A stretch of DNA of 64,000 bases from Candidatus Latescibacterota bacterium (GTDB lineage: Bacteria; Latescibacterota; UBA2968). The stretch lies in assembly GCA_965208125.1 (NCBI GenBank), contig OZ242320.1:4192001-4256000 (forward strand). Reading direction: 5' to 3'. This document shows positions 1 to 10,040 of this stretch, piece after piece; positions within the stretch are counted from its first letter, which is position 1; each line of letters opens with the position of its first letter. Position numbers and translations under genes: made by a program. Below the pieces are notes generated by a model, which saw only the letters and a list, made by a program, of their open reading frames with translations, was not told where the DNA came from and ran no database searches.

Positions 1-94
1 GTGAAGGGTTCTGGCCAGTTGCGGCCTGTGGGTAGAAAATGGGAAGATGGAAAAGAACCTTTTGCATAGGCTGTAGTCAGGATACCAGTGAGAA

Positions 95-1321
95 ATGAGT
101 GAGATTGAGTTCAGGCGAGCGATGGTGGGGGATGCGGAGGAGGTCCTTCGCGTAATGGCGCAGGCGTTTGGGAGGGTGCCGGGATCGGAGAAGTATGAGC
201 GCGACAAGGAGAGAATTACGAGGGAGACTGACGCGCATTGGGTGCTTGTGCGAGAGGGGGAGATCGTCGGGGCGGCGCATGTTCGGCGGGAGGAGATTCA
301 GGTGGGGCAGGCGGTCGTGGCCAAGGCGGATGTCGGGGAGGTGTGTATTGTGCCGAGTTGTCAGGGGGTGGGGCTTGGGACGGCGTTGATGAGGATGGTG
401 GTGGAGCAGTTGAGGGTGGACGGATATCCCCTGTCGCGGTTGGGCGGGTATCGGCGGTTCTACGAGCGGTTCGGGTGGGTGCCGTTTCCGCGGGGCTACA
501 TCGACTTCGCGCTGCGGGGATTGACGTCGCGGGGCGGGTTCACCGACCCGGTGAGCTATCTGGATCGGCCGGAGGAGGATGCGCGGATTCGGGCGTACGA
601 CGGACGTCGGGATGCGGCAGCGTGCGAGGCACTTTACGCGGCGTTCAACACGGGGCGGACGGGGGCTGAGCCAGCGCGGTCGTTTGGGGAAGGTGCCGGG
701 AACCCGTGGCGGGTGGTATATGAGGTGGGTGGAGCGGTCCGGGCCTATGTTTTCGCGTCAGAGAATGCGCCGCCTCATACGCGGTTTTCGTCGGCGGTGT
801 CGATCTCCGACGGGGCGTGCGATCCGGGTGATACGCGACCGCTTGGCGCAACGCTTCGATACGTTCTGCGTCAGGCGGCGATCGCGGGGGCGGAATCGGT
901 CAGGGCGCGGCTACCGCTGGACCCGTCGCTCTACGATCTGTATCGGGATTCGAGCTGCGGGTTCGTGCCGTCGCTCTGGCAGTCGTCGGAAGGCGGGAAT
1001 ATGCTACAGGTGCTGAGTCTGAGGGGGCTGCTTGAGGCGATTGCGGCAGAACTGACGGAGCGGCTGCGGACGGCGGAACAGGCGACGGGCGAGGTCGGTC
1101 TTCGCGTGCGGGGGGAGACGGTTGGATTGGCGTGGGATGGGGCGCGGTTGACGGTGGAAGAAGGGAAAGGGGATTGGGTGGAACTCGGGCAGGATGGGGT
1201 GATGAAGATGGTGCTGGGGTTGGTGCCGGTGGAGCAGGTCGTGGTAGGAGAGAGGGAGGATGTGGCTATGCTGAGGGCGGCGTTTCCGGTACAGGGGACT
1301 GCGACGGGAGTTTGGGGGTAA
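95..1321 (+). CDS. GNAT acetyltransferase, Eis-like (tandem GNAT plus SCP-2-like C-terminus)
   Basis: 408 aa; acetyl-CoA motif QGVGLGTALM and FYERFGW; C-terminal region resembles the Eis SCP-2-like tail. Confidence 0.8.
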   Translation: MSEIEFRRAMVGDAEEVLRVMAQAFGRVPGSEKYERDKERITRETDAHWVLVREGEIVGAAHVRREEIQVGQAVVAKADVGEVCIVPSCQGVGLGTALMRMVVEQLRVDGYPLSRLGGYRRFYERFGWVPFPRGYIDFALRGLTSRGGFTDPVSYLDRPEEDARIRAYDGRRDAAACEALYAAFNTGRTGAEPARSFGEGAGNPWRVVYEVGGAVRAYVFASENAPPHTRFSSAVSISDGACDPGDTRPLGATLRYVLRQAAIAGAESVRARLPLDPSLYDLYRDSSCGFVPSLWQSSEGGNMLQVLSLRGLLEAIAAELTERLRTAEQATGEVGLRVRGETVGLAWDGARLTVEEGKGDWVELGQDGVMKMVLGLVPVEQVVVGEREDVAMLRAAFPVQGTATGVWG

Positions 1322-1376
1322 ATCCGATACAGGGAAAGCGCCCCAGATACACAACATCACTAAACGGGAGATCATC

Positions 1377-2249
1377 GTGTCATCAAACATCCACTTTGCT
1401 ATGGGCGGCGCCATTTTCGGAGCCTTTACGACTGAATCCGTGGAGCTGATTGCCAAGCACGGTCTGCCGGGCGTCGAACCTTACCGCAGTGGCTTGATCG
1501 CCTGGCTCGACGACCCGCAAGCTCTGAAGGCCCTCCTCGACGAGCACGGTATTCGGCTCATTACCGCTTCGAACGGCGGGCCTGGTCAGTCGATGGAATT
1601 TATCAATCGATCAAAACGTCAGGAAACAATCGCCGACCACGTCGCCTTCTGCCGCGATTTCCTGAAGATTTTCGGCTGCACGCATTTCAAGATCAACATG
1701 GGGAGCCGCCCGCAGAACGGAACAACGGCGGATGACATCAAAGCGATTTCGGAGACTGTGTCAGAACTCGGCAAGCGAACGCTTGAGATGGGTGTGACGA
1801 TCGCGCCACACCCGCATATCTGGGGGCCGATCGAGCGGCCGGAGGAAGTTCGCGCCCTTCTCGATCAGACCGACCCTGATATTGTGTCCTGGATTCCCGA
1901 TACCGCACAGCTCAACCTCGGAGGAGGCGATCCCGTTCAACTCATCGACGATTATTACGACCGACTGGCCGCCGTCCATTGGAAGGATTCGAAGGCGTCG
2001 TATCGCGGTTATACTGGCCCGACACCGACGAAGGAGATGCACGCGGAGGAAATTCTGTACAAAGACCTGGGATCCGGCGGCGTCGATCACCCTGCGATTT
2101 GGGCCATGCTGAATGAGCGAGGCTACGACGGATGGATCACGCTCGATCTCGATCCCCCGCGTTCAAATGAAGGCGAAGGTTCAGTTGACGACAAAATGGG
2201 GATCAACTGTAGATATCTGATGGAAACATTGAAAGTTTCCCGCTTTTAG
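1377..2249 (+). CDS. Sugar phosphate isomerase/epimerase (IolE-like TIM barrel)
   Basis: HPH, PDTAQ, VHWKD and LGSGGVD motifs of the AP-endonuclease-2/xylose-isomerase-like family; GTG start. Confidence 0.8.
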   Translation: MSSNIHFAMGGAIFGAFTTESVELIAKHGLPGVEPYRSGLIAWLDDPQALKALLDEHGIRLITASNGGPGQSMEFINRSKRQETIADHVAFCRDFLKIFGCTHFKINMGSRPQNGTTADDIKAISETVSELGKRTLEMGVTIAPHPHIWGPIERPEEVRALLDQTDPDIVSWIPDTAQLNLGGGDPVQLIDDYYDRLAAVHWKDSKASYRGYTGPTPTKEMHAEEILYKDLGSGGVDHPAIWAMLNERGYDGWITLDLDPPRSNEGEGSVDDKMGINCRYLMETLKVSRF

Positions 2250-2313
2250 TGTGTCAATTCCGACAGGGTTGAAGAACATGGTCTGACTTTATCGAGAAAA
2301 AAATTGATTTACC

Positions 2314-2571
2314 GTGCGGCGTCCCCCACACAGAGACGTATGGGAAAAGGTGTTAAAAGATATAGGGGAGAAGATCCTCCCTCAGTCTTATGAGAATTGG
2401 TTTCAGCCGCTTTTCATCGCCGATATCGGAGATACGGCTGTTATATTTGATGCCCCGGATCAGATGGTTGCCGACTGGGTCGAAGAAAACTACATTGGAC
2501 TATTGACATCAGCACTCAAAACCGCTGGTATATTTGATCGATCAATCGCTATCGAATATTCGAAGACTTAG
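2314..2571 (+). CDS. Stand-alone DnaA N-terminal (domain I) protein
   Basis: 85 aa: VWEKVL..I...I..QSYENWFQPL...APDQMVADWVEENY..LL matches the DnaA domain I pattern; stops at the domain end, with no AAA+ or DNA-binding domain. Confidence 0.75.
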   Translation: MRRPPHRDVWEKVLKDIGEKILPQSYENWFQPLFIADIGDTAVIFDAPDQMVADWVEENYIGLLTSALKTAGIFDRSIAIEYSKT

Positions 2572-2628
2572 TTGGACGAGTCTGAAAGTGGGAGAGAGTG
2601 TGAATTTGATGACATTCTCAATGCTTGC

Positions 2629-2657
2629 TTGACGACTCGCTATTAACTGAGTATAAT
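2629..2657 (+). promoter_or_regulatory. Sigma70-type promoter for the mod-abi-res operon
   Basis: TTGACG (2629-2634), 17-nt spacer, TATAAT (2652-2657). Confidence 0.75.
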
Positions 2658-2774
2658 TGATCACTCTCCCATTTCAACTCAGGTCATTGGATCTCAATGC
2701 ACTCCCCCCGAGATTCGATGTCTGAAGCATTGCACGATTTCTAATCTTTTTCACTCCAGCCAAAAATTCCCATC

Positions 2775-5700
2775 ATGAACGATTCTATCTCATCCCATTC
2801 GACATCAAACGATGTGCAGCCAGCCCCGGGATCCGAAGGAAAACTCGACCTACTGAAGACCTTGCTGCGCGAGATGTTTCAACTCGACCGCGGCGATCTG
2901 GACTTTGGCCTGTACCGCATCATGAACCTGAAGACCGCTGAGATCGCGGCATTTCTTGACAATGATTTGTTGCCACAGGTGCAAGAGAAGCTGAACCTCA
3001 CGGACAATCAAGAGCGCGTCAGGCTGGAAGAGGATCTAAAGGACGCCAATCAAAATGCCAGACGGTTGGGAGTTGATCCCGATACTACACCTTTAGTTCA
3101 GGAGTTGCGAGAGAGGCTTGCCGAGATGCAAAAAGACGCGGACTCTGAAGCCGATGTGTACAACCATCTCGCCAATTTTTTCGCACGCTATTATGCTGAA
3201 GGCGATTTTATCTCGCAACGCCGTTACTCAAGCGGTGGCCGCTCGGCCTATCTGATTCCCTACGATGGAGAGGAAGTCAAGTTACACTGGGCCAACGCAG
3301 ACCAGTACTACGTCAAGACGACAGAGAACTACGCCTCTTATGTCTTCACAGTTGGTACAGGCGAAGCAGAGAGGCGCGTGCGTTTTGAGATTGCGGCAGC
3401 CGATAACGAGAGGGACAATATTAAGGAAGCCGACAATAAGCAACGTCGTTTCGTAATCTCAGGTGATGATGCTATTGCTATTGAGGATGGTGTGCTCATT
3501 GTGCGCTTTGAGCACCGGCCGCTGACCGATAGCGAGAAGCAAACGTGGACGGGCAATGGTGTTAGACAACAGGGTAGGATCAACGAGACAACGGTCAAGC
3601 AGATTCTCAAGGCGGTAGCCTCCGACTGGCTGGCTCTGCTGGCTGTACCGGCACCAACAGACACGAATGAAGAGCGCACGCTGCTTGAGAAACACGTCGA
3701 GCGATACACGGCTAAGAACAGTTTTGACTACTTCATCCACAAGGACCTTGGTGGTTTCTTGCGCCGTGAGTTGGATCTGTACCTGAACACAGAAGTGCTG
3801 AACTTAGACGATCTGGAACAGGGCGATGCCCTTCGGCTGGACCGGGCACTGGCGCGCGTACGTGCAACCCGTCACATCGGTGGGAAGATCATCGATTTTC
3901 TGGCGCAACTGGAAGACTTTCAAAAGCAACTCTGGTTAAAGAAAAAATTTGTCCTCGAAACTAACTGGTGCGTCACTTTGGATCGCGTCCCGGAGGCTTT
4001 ATATCCCGAGATTGCTGCCAACGCGGCGCAGTGTGAGGAATGGGTTGAGTTGTTTGCCGTTGACGAGATCCCAGGCGATCTGATAAACGGAGGTGCGACC
4101 TGGAATCATCCGCCGAGTGTAGATTTCCTCAAGGCCAATCCCTATTTGGTGCTGGATACACGGCATTTTGACAGCGACTTCAACGATCAGTTGTTGTCAG
4201 CACTCTCCGACGCTGGACCGCTGGACGAACAGTTGGACGGGCTGCTGGTGCATGGCGAGAATTTTCAGACGTTGAATCTGCTACGAGCGCGATATCAGGG
4301 GCAGGTGGATTGTGTCTATGTCGATCCTCCTTTCAATACTGATGCGTCTCCCATCCTCTACAAGAATGGATATAAGTCCTCAACCTGGGTATCCCTCATG
4401 GAGGGTAGCCTTCGCGCTGCTCGAATGCTGCTTACGGACAGTGGCATTCTAGTTGCCGCAATTGATGATGAACAACAAAAAGAGCTGAGTTTTCTGCTTT
4501 CTACTGTCTTCAACAAGAAACTACTTGGGACAATACTGGTCCGTACAAACCCTTCAGGGCGACCAACACAAAGCGGATACTCTGTAGCACACGAATACCT
4601 TTTGTATGCAGGTGAGGGGCAAGACGCCGCAATTGAACGAATGCCACCGACAAAGGAACAGGCAGCGCGCTTCTCAAAACGAGACGAAAAAGGGGTGTTC
4701 GAGTGGAGAAACTTACGACGAGAAGGGTCAAATTCAGATCGAACGGCACGTCCCGCACTCTATTATCCTATATACCTGAAAGGCAAGGCTATACGTATTC
4801 CTCAAATGACCTGGAATTCAGTAAACGAAGAATGGATTATAGAGGAAAAACCACATGCCAGAGAACAGGTAGTTTTTCCAGACAACGAAAAGGGAATTCA
4901 GAAGACTTGGCGCTGGGAAGCAAAGACAGTGATAAGTGCTTTGCAAGACATTGCTGTACGCAAGGATCGCTCTGGCCGAGATTATGTTTACTACAAAAGA
5001 CGTCCTCATAATAAAGGTGTGATGTCTATGTCTTGCTGGTTTGATGCAAAATACTCATCGGTTGAACACGGTACAGTGCTTCTCAACGCGATGTTTGGAA
5101 AGACAGTTTTCTCATACCCGAAATCCATTCACGCGGTGATGGATTCAATATATACGGCGGGTGCTTCGAGGACAGATGCACAAGTTCTTGATTTCTTCGC
5201 TGGTTCCGGTACCACTGGCCATGCGGTCATCAACTTCAACCGCGAGGACGATGGACAGCGCAAGTATGTTCTCGTGGAGATCGGCGATTACTTCGATACA
5301 GTTCTGTTGCCACGGATAAAGAAGGTCGTCTATTCACCGGACTGGAAGGATGGCAAACCAATTTCGCGCAAAGGAGTCACGCAGTTGTTCAAGTGCATCC
5401 GGCTGGAATCCTACGAAGATACGATGGACAGTCTTGAAGTGACACCACCTTCAGAAGCACAGCAAAATTTGTTGACCGATAATCCCGCGTTGGCTGAGGA
5501 TTATCGGTTGCGCTACGCACTCGGTGAAGAGACGGCTGGTAGCGCGTGTCTGTTGGGCAAGGCGTTCGCCGACCCTTCCACCTACACACTCACCGTCGTA
5601 CGCGATGGTGTGCGTCGTGAAGTCCAGATTGATCTGCCCGAGACTTTCAACTACTTGCTCGGTCTGCGCGTGACATCCCGCCAGCGAATTGACGGTGTGC

Positions 5701-5954
5701 TCGCGATCACAGGTACTGACCCCGAGGGGCGCAATTGTTTGATTCTCTGGCGCAATCTCGACAAGACGGACTGCGCCGCGCTGGACGCCTGGTTTGATCA
5801 CAACCGTGAGCAATTCGGGTCACTGGACATCATCTACGCCAACGGCGATCAAACTCTGAATGCCATGCAACAGCCCGGCGATAATTGGACTGCTAAGACC
5901 ATTGAGTCGATTTTTCGTGAATTGATGTTTGGAGAGACCAGCGATGAGCGATAA
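2775..5954 (+). CDS. mod: Type III restriction-modification DNA methyltransferase (Mod, beta class)
   Basis: 1059 aa; motif IV YVDPPFN precedes the TRD and motif I DFFAGSGTTG; N-terminal DLDFGLYRIMN and DYFIHKDLGGFL typical of long type III Mod; followed by res. Confidence 0.9.
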   Translation: MNDSISSHSTSNDVQPAPGSEGKLDLLKTLLREMFQLDRGDLDFGLYRIMNLKTAEIAAFLDNDLLPQVQEKLNLTDNQERVRLEEDLKDANQNARRLGVDPDTTPLVQELRERLAEMQKDADSEADVYNHLANFFARYYAEGDFISQRRYSSGGRSAYLIPYDGEEVKLHWANADQYYVKTTENYASYVFTVGTGEAERRVRFEIAAADNERDNIKEADNKQRRFVISGDDAIAIEDGVLIVRFEHRPLTDSEKQTWTGNGVRQQGRINETTVKQILKAVASDWLALLAVPAPTDTNEERTLLEKHVERYTAKNSFDYFIHKDLGGFLRRELDLYLNTEVLNLDDLEQGDALRLDRALARVRATRHIGGKIIDFLAQLEDFQKQLWLKKKFVLETNWCVTLDRVPEALYPEIAANAAQCEEWVELFAVDEIPGDLINGGATWNHPPSVDFLKANPYLVLDTRHFDSDFNDQLLSALSDAGPLDEQLDGLLVHGENFQTLNLLRARYQGQVDCVYVDPPFNTDASPILYKNGYKSSTWVSLMEGSLRAARMLLTDSGILVAAIDDEQQKELSFLLSTVFNKKLLGTILVRTNPSGRPTQSGYSVAHEYLLYAGEGQDAAIERMPPTKEQAARFSKRDEKGVFEWRNLRREGSNSDRTARPALYYPIYLKGKAIRIPQMTWNSVNEEWIIEEKPHAREQVVFPDNEKGIQKTWRWEAKTVISALQDIAVRKDRSGRDYVYYKRRPHNKGVMSMSCWFDAKYSSVEHGTVLLNAMFGKTVFSYPKSIHAVMDSIYTAGASRTDAQVLDFFAGSGTTGHAVINFNREDDGQRKYVLVEIGDYFDTVLLPRIKKVVYSPDWKDGKPISRKGVTQLFKCIRLESYEDTMDSLEVTPPSEAQQNLLTDNPALAEDYRLRYALGEETAGSACLLGKAFADPSTYTLTVVRDGVRREVQIDLPETFNYLLGLRVTSRQRIDGVLAITGTDPEGRNCLILWRNLDKTDCAALDAWFDHNREQFGSLDIIYANGDQTLNAMQQPGDNWTAKTIESIFRELMFGETSDER

Positions 5955-6843
5955 CCGATACCAGTCACAAGATCATCTCCCATTCTCGCAGCGTTACGTT
6001 TATGAACCTTTACCAGAGCCGATGCAATTGGAGGAGCTTTCGGATGATCTAAGGCGAGAAATATGGAACGCAATGCGAAGATACCTTAAGAATGTACTTA
6101 TGAACATATATACAGGTGCTAGTGGCTACCATAATGAAAGAGGATATCAACTTTTCGAAAATATCTTAGGTGAGATATTGCGAGAACCTGAAGATGAAAT
6201 CGATACTTCTCATGATGGAATACTTCATCAGTTCAAATCATTGATTCTGCGAGACAATTTCAATGTGGTTCTCGACCTTATTGAAATCATAGTAAACAGA
6301 GGGTGGCAAGACGAGGAATTTATCAACCGTATCTGTAAATCGTTTGAAAGTTATGCTGCTGCTTACTATCTGGATATGTCACGCCGTCCCTATCAATTTT
6401 TTCCGCGCAGTAATAAAGCGCAAGGTGAAGCAACGCGAGCAGCTATCAAAACGATCCACGATGGCGGTATGAAAGGTGCAGAGACGCATTTGCGCCAGGC
6501 GGCAGAACATATCAACACACGACAATTTGGAGATTCAATTAGCGATAGCATCCACGCGGTTGAATCTGTTGCTCGGCAAATTGATCCAAAATCAAAAACC
6601 CTTGGTCCCGCGCTAAACTCCCTCGAGAAAGCCGGTTTGGTCAAGCATCCAGCACTCAAAGAAGCGTTCGCTAAGCTGTATGGCTATACAAGTAACGAAC
6701 AAGGGATTCGGCACGCGCTACTCGACAAGAACTCGCCGGATGTTGACCTGGACGAGGCCATGTTCATGTTTGGAGCCTGTGCATCCTTTGCTGCCTATCT
6801 CGTAAACAAACACCATAAGATGCAAGAAGAGGATGACAAATGA
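5944..6843 (+). CDS. AbiJ-like abortive-infection protein (AbiJ N-terminal domain plus HEPN-like helical C-terminus)
   Basis: FSQRY..EPLP..MQLEELSDDLRREIWN N-terminus; C-terminal AVESVAR..TLG.AL..HPALKEAFAKLYGYTS..GIRHA; overlaps the mod stop and the res start (ATGA). Confidence 0.65.
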   Translation: MSDNRYQSQDHLPFSQRYVYEPLPEPMQLEELSDDLRREIWNAMRRYLKNVLMNIYTGASGYHNERGYQLFENILGEILREPEDEIDTSHDGILHQFKSLILRDNFNVVLDLIEIIVNRGWQDEEFINRICKSFESYAAAYYLDMSRRPYQFFPRSNKAQGEATRAAIKTIHDGGMKGAETHLRQAAEHINTRQFGDSISDSIHAVESVARQIDPKSKTLGPALNSLEKAGLVKHPALKEAFAKLYGYTSNEQGIRHALLDKNSPDVDLDEAMFMFGACASFAAYLVNKHHKMQEEDDK

Positions 6844-9800
6844 CCCGCCTACAAAGTCGCCTCGCTCTGCATCGCTTTATCTGTCGGGAGTTCGGCTACG
6901 ACGATATGGACAGGATGCTCGAACGGTTGGACTATGCCCAAGGCGAACTCGTCTCAGAAGGTACGAGCGACTATGCTCAGGCACTGAGTCCGCCCCCTGC
7001 ACGCGCACGCGTTACCCTCGACCAGTTTGCCGAATACGACGCCAACATCGCGGCGCACAGCCGCCAGTTGCGTATGACAGAAGAACACGGTCGGACCTGG
7101 AAACCCCACCAATACCTCGCCCTGCTGTTCACCGAACATTATTTGCACCGCTATTTCGACGATCCCGATTCCCTGTGTGCCGACTTGAACGATGAGAAAG
7201 TCAGCCATCGTCCTACCTCGTTCTTGCCGGATTATACAGTAGAAGACCTGCACATACTCGCTTTCCAGAGCGCGACGGGTTCTGGTAAAACGCTCCTTAT
7301 GCACGCCCATATTCTGCAATACCAGCACTATCTGGAACGTGCGGGCAAGCAGCTAAACAATATTGTGCTGGTGACGCCGAATGAGCAGATGTCCGTGCAG
7401 CACGAGCGCGAAATGCAAGAAAGCGGTCTGCGGGCACGGCTGTTCTCCAGCGAGGCCAGTTCCGATTTGTTCCAAACCATCGAGATCATTGACCTGAATA
7501 AACTGGCCGAGAAAACGGGCGTGAAGCGCGTTGCAGTGACGGATTTTGGCGACGACAATCTGGTTCTAGTTGACGAAGGGCACTTGGGTGCATCGGGCAA
7601 TGTTTGGCGCGAACGCCGCCGGGAGTTGGCGAGCGGTGGCTTTACTTTTGAGTACTCCGCGACCTTCAACCAAGTAGCAGGTACAGGCAGGGACAACGAC
7701 CTGCTAAACGCCTACGGCAAGTGCCTGTTATTCGACTACTCGTACCGTCGATTTCACGCAGATGGCTACGGTAAGGACTACGCCATCCTGAACCTGCCTG
7801 GTGGGGTGCAGGACGAGAACAGCAAGATGTACCTACTGGGTTGCCTACTGACCTTCTACCAGCAATATCGTATCTGGCAGGACAAGGGCGCGTTGTGGAA
7901 GGCGTTCAATCCGGCAAAACCACTGTGGGTATTCCTCGGCAAGACAGTAACGGGATCGAGCAAAGCGGACCGGGAGACCCGATCTGACGTTATCCGCATC
8001 TTAAAGTTTCTCGGTTGGATGCTGGCCCACAGGGAAGATGTACAGCACATGATCCAACTCCTGTTAGCCGGAAAATCGGGATTGCTCGATAGCACCGGCA
8101 ACGATTACTTTTCTGGTCGCTTTTCTCATTTGCCCAGCGGAGTAGACCTCTACGCCGATCTCTGCGAGACCCTATTTCACGGATCGGGGCGGCTGCACGT
8201 CGTCTATCTGACCGCAGGCGAGGGTGAGTTACATCTTCGCACCGCGGACCATGATCCTTTTGGCGTGGTCAATGTCGGGGACTCGGCGAAGCTCTACAGC
8301 CTGCTCACGGAAGAATCTAAACCCGATTTCGACGTTGACCGAGAGATGGGTTTTGCCGCACGGCTATTCGCCGATGTAGATCGTCAAGACTCAACCGTGA
8401 ACATCGTCATCGGCGCGCGTCGATTCATCGCGGGCTGGAACTCATGGCGCGTGAGCACAATGGGGCTGATGCACGTCGGCGTGGGCGAAGGTCCTGAAAT
8501 CATCCAGATGTTCGGACGCGGTGTGCGCCTGAAGGGCTATAACATGAGCCTGAAGCGGCACCGCGAAATTGAAGGGGAACTGCCGGAGGATAGCGATGAA
8601 CTGGCAGAATTAGAGAAGCTATATATCTTTGGGCTGCGTGCCAACTACATGCAGTCCTTCCGAGATCTTCTGGAAAAGGAAGGGATGCGCGCAGAACAAG
8701 AGACATTTAGCTTGCCCACCACCTGGAACTTTGCCAAAAAGACTGACCTGAAACTGATCCGACTCAAGGATGATCGAAAATACAACCTCTCCGCTGAACG
8801 CCCCATCTTGCCGGGACCAAGGGATGGTGGTAGCTCCGTTGTGACACTGGATCTGTATTCACGGCTTCAATCCGTGGCATCCAATGGCGCTGCATTCAGT
8901 GAGGAAACAGAACCAAATTCGGTCAACCTCACGTCACACGCCGCCTTCTTCAACACAGCCCGCATTTACGAGCGGCTGTTGTCGCGCAAGCAGCAAAAAA
9001 GCTGGCACAATCTGGTTATTGAGCAACGGACGGTGGAGCAGCTATTGCAAAGTCAGGATTGGTACGAACTCTATATGCCGCCAGATCGGTTGAATCCCAC
9101 CGGATTCAGGCAGATGCGTGAACTGGAGAATATCGCCGTTGATTTGATCACCGAATACGCCGATGACTTCTGGCGCAGGCAACGCAGACGTTGGGAACAC
9201 GGTGAACTTGAGGTCGTCACTCTGAATGAGGATGATCCAAATAATGCCGTAACCTACGATTTATCTGTGGATATAACCGAAGATCAGTTAGTCAGGGATG
9301 CGAGTGAACTGGCGTACAACATCCGCGAAGGCAGGTGCGACGAATTAAAAAACTGGTATGAGCACTTGAACATCGGCATCATCATATCACAGGCTCATGC
9401 GTATCAGCCCTTGCTACATGCCAAAGAGGACCGCGTTGTTACGGTTCAACCTGTTCCCTTGGATGCAAACGAGAAGCGCGTTGTCGATCGGCTGGAAGAA
9501 CTGGCTCGGACAGGCGATCCCTGCCTGCAAGGCAAAGAGTTGTTTCTAATTCGCAATCTGACGCGTGGTCGGGGGGTGTCCTTTTTCGACGACTTCGGTT
9601 ATTACCCGGACTTCATCGTCTGGTTGAAGGACGACGAACAACAGCATGTTCTATTTCTCGATCCCAAGGGCTTGAGCAGGTTCGGCCAAAGAGCACGTAA
9701 AAAAGTGCAACTGCATCACGAAATTGTAGAAATTGAAGAGCAAGTGCGCGAGCACGACCCGGACCTGTATCTGCGTGCCTATATTCTGTCTGTCACACGA

Positions 9801-9929
9801 GCCGCGGAAATTGATGATGGCGGGCGTTCCCCGAGCGACTGGAAAGCAGATGGTGTTTACTTCCTGAACGAGAATGATTGTCTGCAACAGGTCATCACAC
9901 ACGCGCTTGATGGCGACGCGGTGACATAA
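6840..9929 (+). CDS. res: Type III restriction endonuclease subunit (SF2 helicase plus PD-(D/E)xK nuclease)
   Basis: Walker A ATGSGKT, Walker B VDEGH, SATF, QMFGRGVR; nuclease YPDF...LDPKG. Confidence 0.9.
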   Translation: MTRLQSRLALHRFICREFGYDDMDRMLERLDYAQGELVSEGTSDYAQALSPPPARARVTLDQFAEYDANIAAHSRQLRMTEEHGRTWKPHQYLALLFTEHYLHRYFDDPDSLCADLNDEKVSHRPTSFLPDYTVEDLHILAFQSATGSGKTLLMHAHILQYQHYLERAGKQLNNIVLVTPNEQMSVQHEREMQESGLRARLFSSEASSDLFQTIEIIDLNKLAEKTGVKRVAVTDFGDDNLVLVDEGHLGASGNVWRERRRELASGGFTFEYSATFNQVAGTGRDNDLLNAYGKCLLFDYSYRRFHADGYGKDYAILNLPGGVQDENSKMYLLGCLLTFYQQYRIWQDKGALWKAFNPAKPLWVFLGKTVTGSSKADRETRSDVIRILKFLGWMLAHREDVQHMIQLLLAGKSGLLDSTGNDYFSGRFSHLPSGVDLYADLCETLFHGSGRLHVVYLTAGEGELHLRTADHDPFGVVNVGDSAKLYSLLTEESKPDFDVDREMGFAARLFADVDRQDSTVNIVIGARRFIAGWNSWRVSTMGLMHVGVGEGPEIIQMFGRGVRLKGYNMSLKRHREIEGELPEDSDELAELEKLYIFGLRANYMQSFRDLLEKEGMRAEQETFSLPTTWNFAKKTDLKLIRLKDDRKYNLSAERPILPGPRDGGSSVVTLDLYSRLQSVASNGAAFSEETEPNSVNLTSHAAFFNTARIYERLLSRKQQKSWHNLVIEQRTVEQLLQSQDWYELYMPPDRLNPTGFRQMRELENIAVDLITEYADDFWRRQRRRWEHGELEVVTLNEDDPNNAVTYDLSVDITEDQLVRDASELAYNIREGRCDELKNWYEHLNIGIIISQAHAYQPLLHAKEDRVVTVQPVPLDANEKRVVDRLEELARTGDPCLQGKELFLIRNLTRGRGVSFFDDFGYYPDFIVWLKDDEQQHVLFLDPKGLSRFGQRARKKVQLHHEIVEIEEQVREHDPDLYLRAYILSVTRAAEIDDGGRSPSDWKADGVYFLNENDCLQQVITHALDGDAVT

Positions 9930-9952
9930 TTTTAGTTGATTTTTACCAGATC

Positions 9953-9983
9953 AACCGGCTTTTGCCGGTTTTTTTATTTTTTT
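9953..9983 (+). terminator. Rho-independent terminator after res
   Basis: AACCGGC-TTTT-GCCGGTT followed by a long T tract. Confidence 0.8.
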
Positions 9984-10040
9984 CTCCTGTTTAGGCAGCG
10001 AAAATCGAAAATGCTGCCGATGATCGTTTTTAGATTTTTA

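Noticed and set aside
2314-2774. Chromosomal origin (dnaA/oriC)
   Set aside because: Only domain I is encoded; no TTATCCACA box cluster and no dnaN
2775-5954. Simple-sequence-repeat phase variation of mod
   Set aside because: No tandem repeat tract or long homopolymer seen in the ORF
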